From positions 3,446 through 67,445 of the forward strand of contig JABSOX010000024.1 in NCBI GenBank assembly GCA_013215655.1: 64,000 bases of DNA. The letters run 5' to 3'. The notes beneath the pieces are model-generated. The model saw nothing but the letters and a program-made list of their open reading frames with translations, had not been told where the DNA came from and made no database searches. Below are positions 58,580-64,000 of this stretch, one piece after another. This DNA comes from Colwellia sp. GTDB lineage: Bacteria > Pseudomonadota > Gammaproteobacteria > Enterobacterales > Alteromonadaceae. Positions within the stretch are counted from its first letter, which is position 1. Each line of letters starts with the position of its first letter. The translations under genes and the position numbers were made by a program.

Positions 58580-59719
58580 GTGGCTGAAAACGAAATAGTG
58601 AGTACTTCCTCACAGCGCTCAAATATTCATTATTGGTTGGCTTTGAAGCTAGTTCCAAGATTAGCTATTCACAAAAAAATCAAATTAGTAAAGGCTGTGG
58701 GTTTATCTCAGCTATTTTCATTATCTACTAATAACCTTACAGTTCATAAACTTTCACAAAAACAACAAAAGGCAATTACATCGCCAGATTGGTTGAAAGT
58801 AGAAGAAATTATAAATTTAAGTTTAACGTGTCAAAGTGAGATTGTCGGCTTTGATGACGATCATTATCCTGATTTATTAAAAGAGATATATGACCCACCG
58901 TTAGTATTGTTTGTTAAAGGCAATATTAAACTCTTAGGCCAACAACAAATAGCGATTGTTGGTAGTCGAAATTCAAGTACATCAGGTCGTGATAACGCTT
59001 TTCAATTTGCTCATCAGCTTGTTCAACATGATCTGATAATTACTAGTGGTTTGGCGTTAGGTATTGATGCCGCTGCTCATAAAGGCGCACTTAATGGACG
59101 GGGAGGAACAATTGCGGTGGTAGCAACGGGGTTAGATAGTGTTTATCCTGCGAGGCATAGAGTTTTAGCGAAAGATATTGTTGTTAATAATGGTCTTATC
59201 GTTAGTGAATTTATTCCGGGAACACCACCCAAGGCAGGTCATTTCCCTCGGCGTAATCGTATTATCAGTGGTTTAAGTCTTGGTGTGCTAATTGTAGAAG
59301 CAACAATTAAAAGTGGTTCATTAATTACTGCTCGTTGTGCAATGGAACAGAATAGGGAGGTTTTTTCTATTCCTAGTAGCATTAAAAATCCGCAAGCACG
59401 AGGTTGCCATTGGTTAATTAAACAAGGAGCTAAATTAGTTGAAGAAGTTGCCGATATAGTAGAAGAAATAAATATTCCGATGAAATCTAGTCTAAACTTA
59501 AATAGAAACAACAACAAAGAAGGCGATACGGAAGAAAATCAAAATCAAGACTTGTTTAACGATTCATTGTTAGCTAGTGTGGGATATGAAATCACTCCTG
59601 TAGATATTGTGGTTTCCCGGAGTAAGCTACCCACAGATGTAGTATTAACTCGGCTAACAATGCTAGAGCTTAGAGGTCTGGTATCTGCAGTGCCAGGTGG
59701 TTATCTCAGAGTAAACTAA
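58580..59719 (+). CDS. dprA: DNA processing protein DprA (Smf)
   Basis: DPPLVLFVKG, IAIVGSR, SGLALGID..AH, FPRRNRIISGLS, SGSLITA. Confidence 0.97.
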   Translation: MAENEIVSTSSQRSNIHYWLALKLVPRLAIHKKIKLVKAVGLSQLFSLSTNNLTVHKLSQKQQKAITSPDWLKVEEIINLSLTCQSEIVGFDDDHYPDLLKEIYDPPLVLFVKGNIKLLGQQQIAIVGSRNSSTSGRDNAFQFAHQLVQHDLIITSGLALGIDAAAHKGALNGRGGTIAVVATGLDSVYPARHRVLAKDIVVNNGLIVSEFIPGTPPKAGHFPRRNRIISGLSLGVLIVEATIKSGSLITARCAMEQNREVFSIPSSIKNPQARGCHWLIKQGAKLVEEVADIVEEINIPMKSSLNLNRNNNKEGDTEENQNQDLFNDSLLASVGYEITPVDIVVSRSKLPTDVVLTRLTMLELRGLVSAVPGGYLRVN

Positions 59720-59784
59720 ATTGACTATTTGTTTCAAAAAGAAAATTTAATTAGTGAGTTTGGTCTTAATGTAAGGGGCTGGTT

Positions 59785-60258
59785 ATGTTTGATATATTGA
59801 TGTATCTATTTGAAAATTATATTCATAGTGAAGCCGAAGTGATGGTTGATCATGATTTATTAACTGATGAATTAACACGAGCAGGCTTCCACCAAGATGA
59901 GATTTATAAAGCGTTAACATGGTTGGAAAAATTAGCTGCTCTACAAGACAGTGAAGCTTATCCTTATTTAACACGTACCGTTAGTCGTTCTATTCGTATT
60001 TATACTCAAGAAGAAATGCAATTACTTGACGTTGAATGTCGTGGTTTTTTAATGTTCTTAGAACAAGTTAATGTACTTGATTTTTCTACTCGAGAAATGG
60101 TTGTTGACCGCGTAATGGAACTTGATACTCAACACTTCTCAATTGATGACCTCAAATGGGTTGTCTTGATGGTACTATTTAATGTACCGGGTAAAGAAAA
60201 TGCGTATTCGCAAATGGAAGACTTGATCTTTGATGAGCAGGAAGGGCCATTGCACTAG
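59785..60258 (+). CDS. smg: Protein Smg (DUF494)
   Basis: [16 protein letters not shown]...[30 protein letters not shown]. Confidence 0.95.
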   Translation: MFDILMYLFENYIHSEAEVMVDHDLLTDELTRAGFHQDEIYKALTWLEKLAALQDSEAYPYLTRTVSRSIRIYTQEEMQLLDVECRGFLMFLEQVNVLDFSTREMVVDRVMELDTQHFSIDDLKWVVLMVLFNVPGKENAYSQMEDLIFDEQEGPLH

Positions 60259-60333
60259 TTCGGTGTGGTTAAATTCGCTTAAACCTTACTAATTATGACA
60301 TAATGCCTTCATCAATATTCTGGTGAACGTATT

Positions 60334-60897
60334 ATGTCAAATTCAGATAAACCTCTATTTTCTCACCATGAGCATGCTTTAGAAAAAGCTTATGAAGTGT
60401 GTCCTGAATGTGGCTGTGAACTTACTATAAAGAATGGTAAGTCGGGCGCTTTTTTAGGTTGCTCTGCTTATCCAACATGTGAATATACACGACCTGTTGT
60501 TGAACATGAGCGTATTGAAGATAAAATATTGGCTGGCACTCACTGTCCGCTATGTTCTACCCCCTTAGCGGTAAAACAAGGTCGCTACGGTATGTTTATT
60601 GGTTGTTCCAATTATCCACAGTGCCATCATATTGAAGATACTCACCATCATGAAAGTGCGGATGTATTATGTCCGAAGTGTGAAAAAGGTGAGTTACAAG
60701 AAAAAACAAATAGATACGGTAAAACTTTTTATTCCTGTAATGACTACCCTAAGTGTAAATACGTCGTTAATTACCCTCCTGTTGCTGAGAAATGTCCTCA
60801 ATGTCAATGGTCTATCTTAGTTAAGCGAAAAATGGCCAGTGGTGATGTCATAATATGTCCAGAAAAGAAATGCACCTATAAACGTAAAGCGGTATAA
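60334..60897 (+). CDS. Topoisomerase I C4 zinc-ribbon domain protein (YrdD-like)
   Basis: Repeated CP.CG..L...G..G.F.GCS.YP.C zinc ribbons. Confidence 0.9.
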   Translation: MSNSDKPLFSHHEHALEKAYEVCPECGCELTIKNGKSGAFLGCSAYPTCEYTRPVVEHERIEDKILAGTHCPLCSTPLAVKQGRYGMFIGCSNYPQCHHIEDTHHHESADVLCPKCEKGELQEKTNRYGKTFYSCNDYPKCKYVVNYPPVAEKCPQCQWSILVKRKMASGDVIICPEKKCTYKRKAV

Positions 60898-60936
60898 TCT
60901 TTTTAATTTTTTTACATAATTTTAAAGAGAGACGTC

Positions 60937-61440
60937 ATGTCATCAACATTTGTTGCCATTTTAATGGGGTCAGATTCTGACCTACCAGTGATGCAAGCCA
61001 CCATTGATATTTTAAAGAAGTTTGATATTACTCACGAAGTTCGTGTGAGATCAGCACACCGCACGCCAGAAGCAACCAAAGCGTATGTTAAAGATGCTGA
61101 AGAGCGTGGTTGTAAAGTATTTATTTGTGCGGCAGGTTTGGCTGCACATCTAGCGGGTGCTGTTGCTGGTATGACAACTCGTCCAGTAATTGGGGTACCT
61201 GTTGATTGTGGTCCTCTGCAAGGTCAAGATGCTTTGTTATCTACAGTGATGATGCCAGGTGGTATTCCTGTTGCAACAGTTGCTATTGGTAAAGCAGGGG
61301 CTAAAAATGCAGGTTACTTAGCCGCTCAAATGTTAGGTGTCGCTGATCAATCAATTGCTGATAAAGTAAAAGAAGAACGTGCAGCTAATGCTGTTGCTTT
61401 ATTAGCGAAAGATGAAGCAATGCAAGCTAAGTTATCTTAA
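60937..61440 (+). CDS. purE: AIR carboxylase / N5-CAIR mutase PurE
   Basis: ILMGSDSDL, SAHRTP, AAGLAAHL, PVIGVP, ALLSTVMMPGGIPVATV. Confidence 0.95.
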   Translation: MSSTFVAILMGSDSDLPVMQATIDILKKFDITHEVRVRSAHRTPEATKAYVKDAEERGCKVFICAAGLAAHLAGAVAGMTTRPVIGVPVDCGPLQGQDALLSTVMMPGGIPVATVAIGKAGAKNAGYLAAQMLGVADQSIADKVKEERAANAVALLAKDEAMQAKLS

Positions 61441-61455
61441 TTTAGCTTATAAATT

Positions 61456-62918
<1,463 letters not shown>

Positions 62919-63045
62919 GACAAAATTTTAATTCAATAATTAGTCGCTATATAATTTCTGATTTTATGCTGTAAATCACATATGTAGCGGTTTTCTAATA
63001 AATATAAGTCATTTTCGATAAATTTCGTGATATTGCTTATAAAAG

Positions 63046-63059
63046 TTGAGTTAGATCAA
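63046..63059. promoter_or_regulatory. FNR/EtrA-like box upstream of ompW
   Basis: TTGAG-TTAG-ATCAA, one mismatch to TTGAT-N4-ATCAA. Confidence 0.45.
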
Positions 63060-63126
63060 ATGCTCTACGAAAGTGTAGGTATATCATCAAGCCATTAAAT
63101 AACCCAAAAAATAAAGGGAATATCTC

Positions 63127-63804
63127 ATGGTTAAAAATATACTTACTCTTTCTGTCCTTAGCGTTCTTGTGCTTACTCCTGTAGCTTTAGCAAATCAAGC
63201 GGGTGACATTGTTATCCGTGGTGGTATCACTTCTGTTGTACCCGATACAGGTAAAACACGCATTTTATTACGCGGGGCAGACTCAGCAATGACCTTAACC
63301 GTTGATGATAATACGCAACTAGGTTTAAATTTTGTTTATTTTTATGATAGTAATTGGGCATTTGAACTTTTAGCGGCAACACCTTTTACACATGATGTGA
63401 CTATTCAAGATAAAAATTCAGTCTTGGGTGTCGACGGAGCTCTTTTAGGTAAAATAACGCAGTTACCACCAACGCTAAGTGCCTTGTATTATTTTGATAA
63501 CGATTCAAAATTTAAGCCTTATATTGGTTTAGGTGTAAACTATACAATTTTCTTTGATGAAAAGTTTGAACCAGCACCAAAAAGCTTAGGCTTAACTGAC
63601 TTGCAGTTAGAGGGATCTTTTGGATTTTCAGCTCAAATAGGTTCCGATTATCACATAACAGATAAATGGCATATAAATGCCTCAGTTCGTTATATTGATA
63701 TCCAATCAGATGCAACATTTGATGTTGGTGGACAAAATATTGGTAAAGCAGAAATAGATGTTGATCCTATGGTTTATTCATTGATGCTTGGTTATAAATT
63801 CTAA
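63127..63804 (+). CDS. ompW: Outer membrane protein OmpW
   Basis: AGD..IRGG...V.P, TQLGL...Y, ELLAATPF.H, LPPTL...YYF, PY.G.GVNYT.FF, YIDI, DPMVY...GYKF. Confidence 0.95.
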   Translation: MVKNILTLSVLSVLVLTPVALANQAGDIVIRGGITSVVPDTGKTRILLRGADSAMTLTVDDNTQLGLNFVYFYDSNWAFELLAATPFTHDVTIQDKNSVLGVDGALLGKITQLPPTLSALYYFDNDSKFKPYIGLGVNYTIFFDEKFEPAPKSLGLTDLQLEGSFGFSAQIGSDYHITDKWHINASVRYIDIQSDATFDVGGQNIGKAEIDVDPMVYSLMLGYKF

Positions 63805-63829
63805 AATCAATTAAGAGCCATAAATATTT

Positions 63830-63865
63830 AAGCAGTAACTTATCTTATAAAGTTGCTGCTTTTTA
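63830..63865 (+). terminator. Terminator after ompW
   Basis: AAGCAGTAACT...AGTTGCTGCTT-TTT. Confidence 0.75.
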
Positions 63866-63925
63866 TTTTAATTTTCACTTGCATCATATAGTCTATCAGC
63901 AAACCTCCTTTTTAATATTTCCCAC

Positions 63926-64000
63926 ATGGATCAATATCGCGTTTTTGGTAACCCAATTAAACAATCTCGTTCTCCTTATATTCATCAAGCATTTGCTCAA
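63926..64000 (+). CDS. aroE: Shikimate dehydrogenase, 5' fragment truncated by the window edge
   Basis: Translated by hand: MDQYRVFGNPIKQSRSPYIHQAFAQ. Confidence 0.9.
   Translation, partial: MDQYRVFGNPIKQSRSPYIHQAFAQ

Overview
This is the replication-origin region of a marine gammaproteobacterium, most likely Colwelliaceae (Colwellia/Thalassotalea-like; inferred from gene order, low GC and protein sequences). The core block is glmS-glmR-[solute-binding protein]-glmU, atpIBEFHAGDC, parAB-rsmG-mnmG, oriC (about 30240-30570), mioC, mnmE-yidC-yidD-rnpA-rpmH, dnaA-dnaN-recF-gyrB (two parS sites inside recF), glyQS, tusA, slt, pepQ-yigZ-trkH, def-fmt-rsmB-trkA, LysM-dprA-smg-yrdD-purE-tsaC-hemF, ompW and the start of aroE. 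The left 13 kb looks accessory. It holds a multi-domain lipoprotein with a catalytically dead GH16 fold and two CBM6 modules, a MipA/DUF3019/RstAB-like two-component module with an exact RstA box, a DUF3718 gene, a TPR-GGDEF diguanylate cyclase and selD-selU. The strongest unannotated signal is a Tn7-like transposon end 22 bp after the glmS stop (attTn7), with two TnsB-type repeats. A decayed matching end with a 4/5 target-site duplication lies at about 10208. Together they would define a roughly 2.9 kb transposase-less mini-Tn7 whose only cargo is the selD-selU operon. No CRISPR array, rRNA, tRNA or intact transposase was seen.
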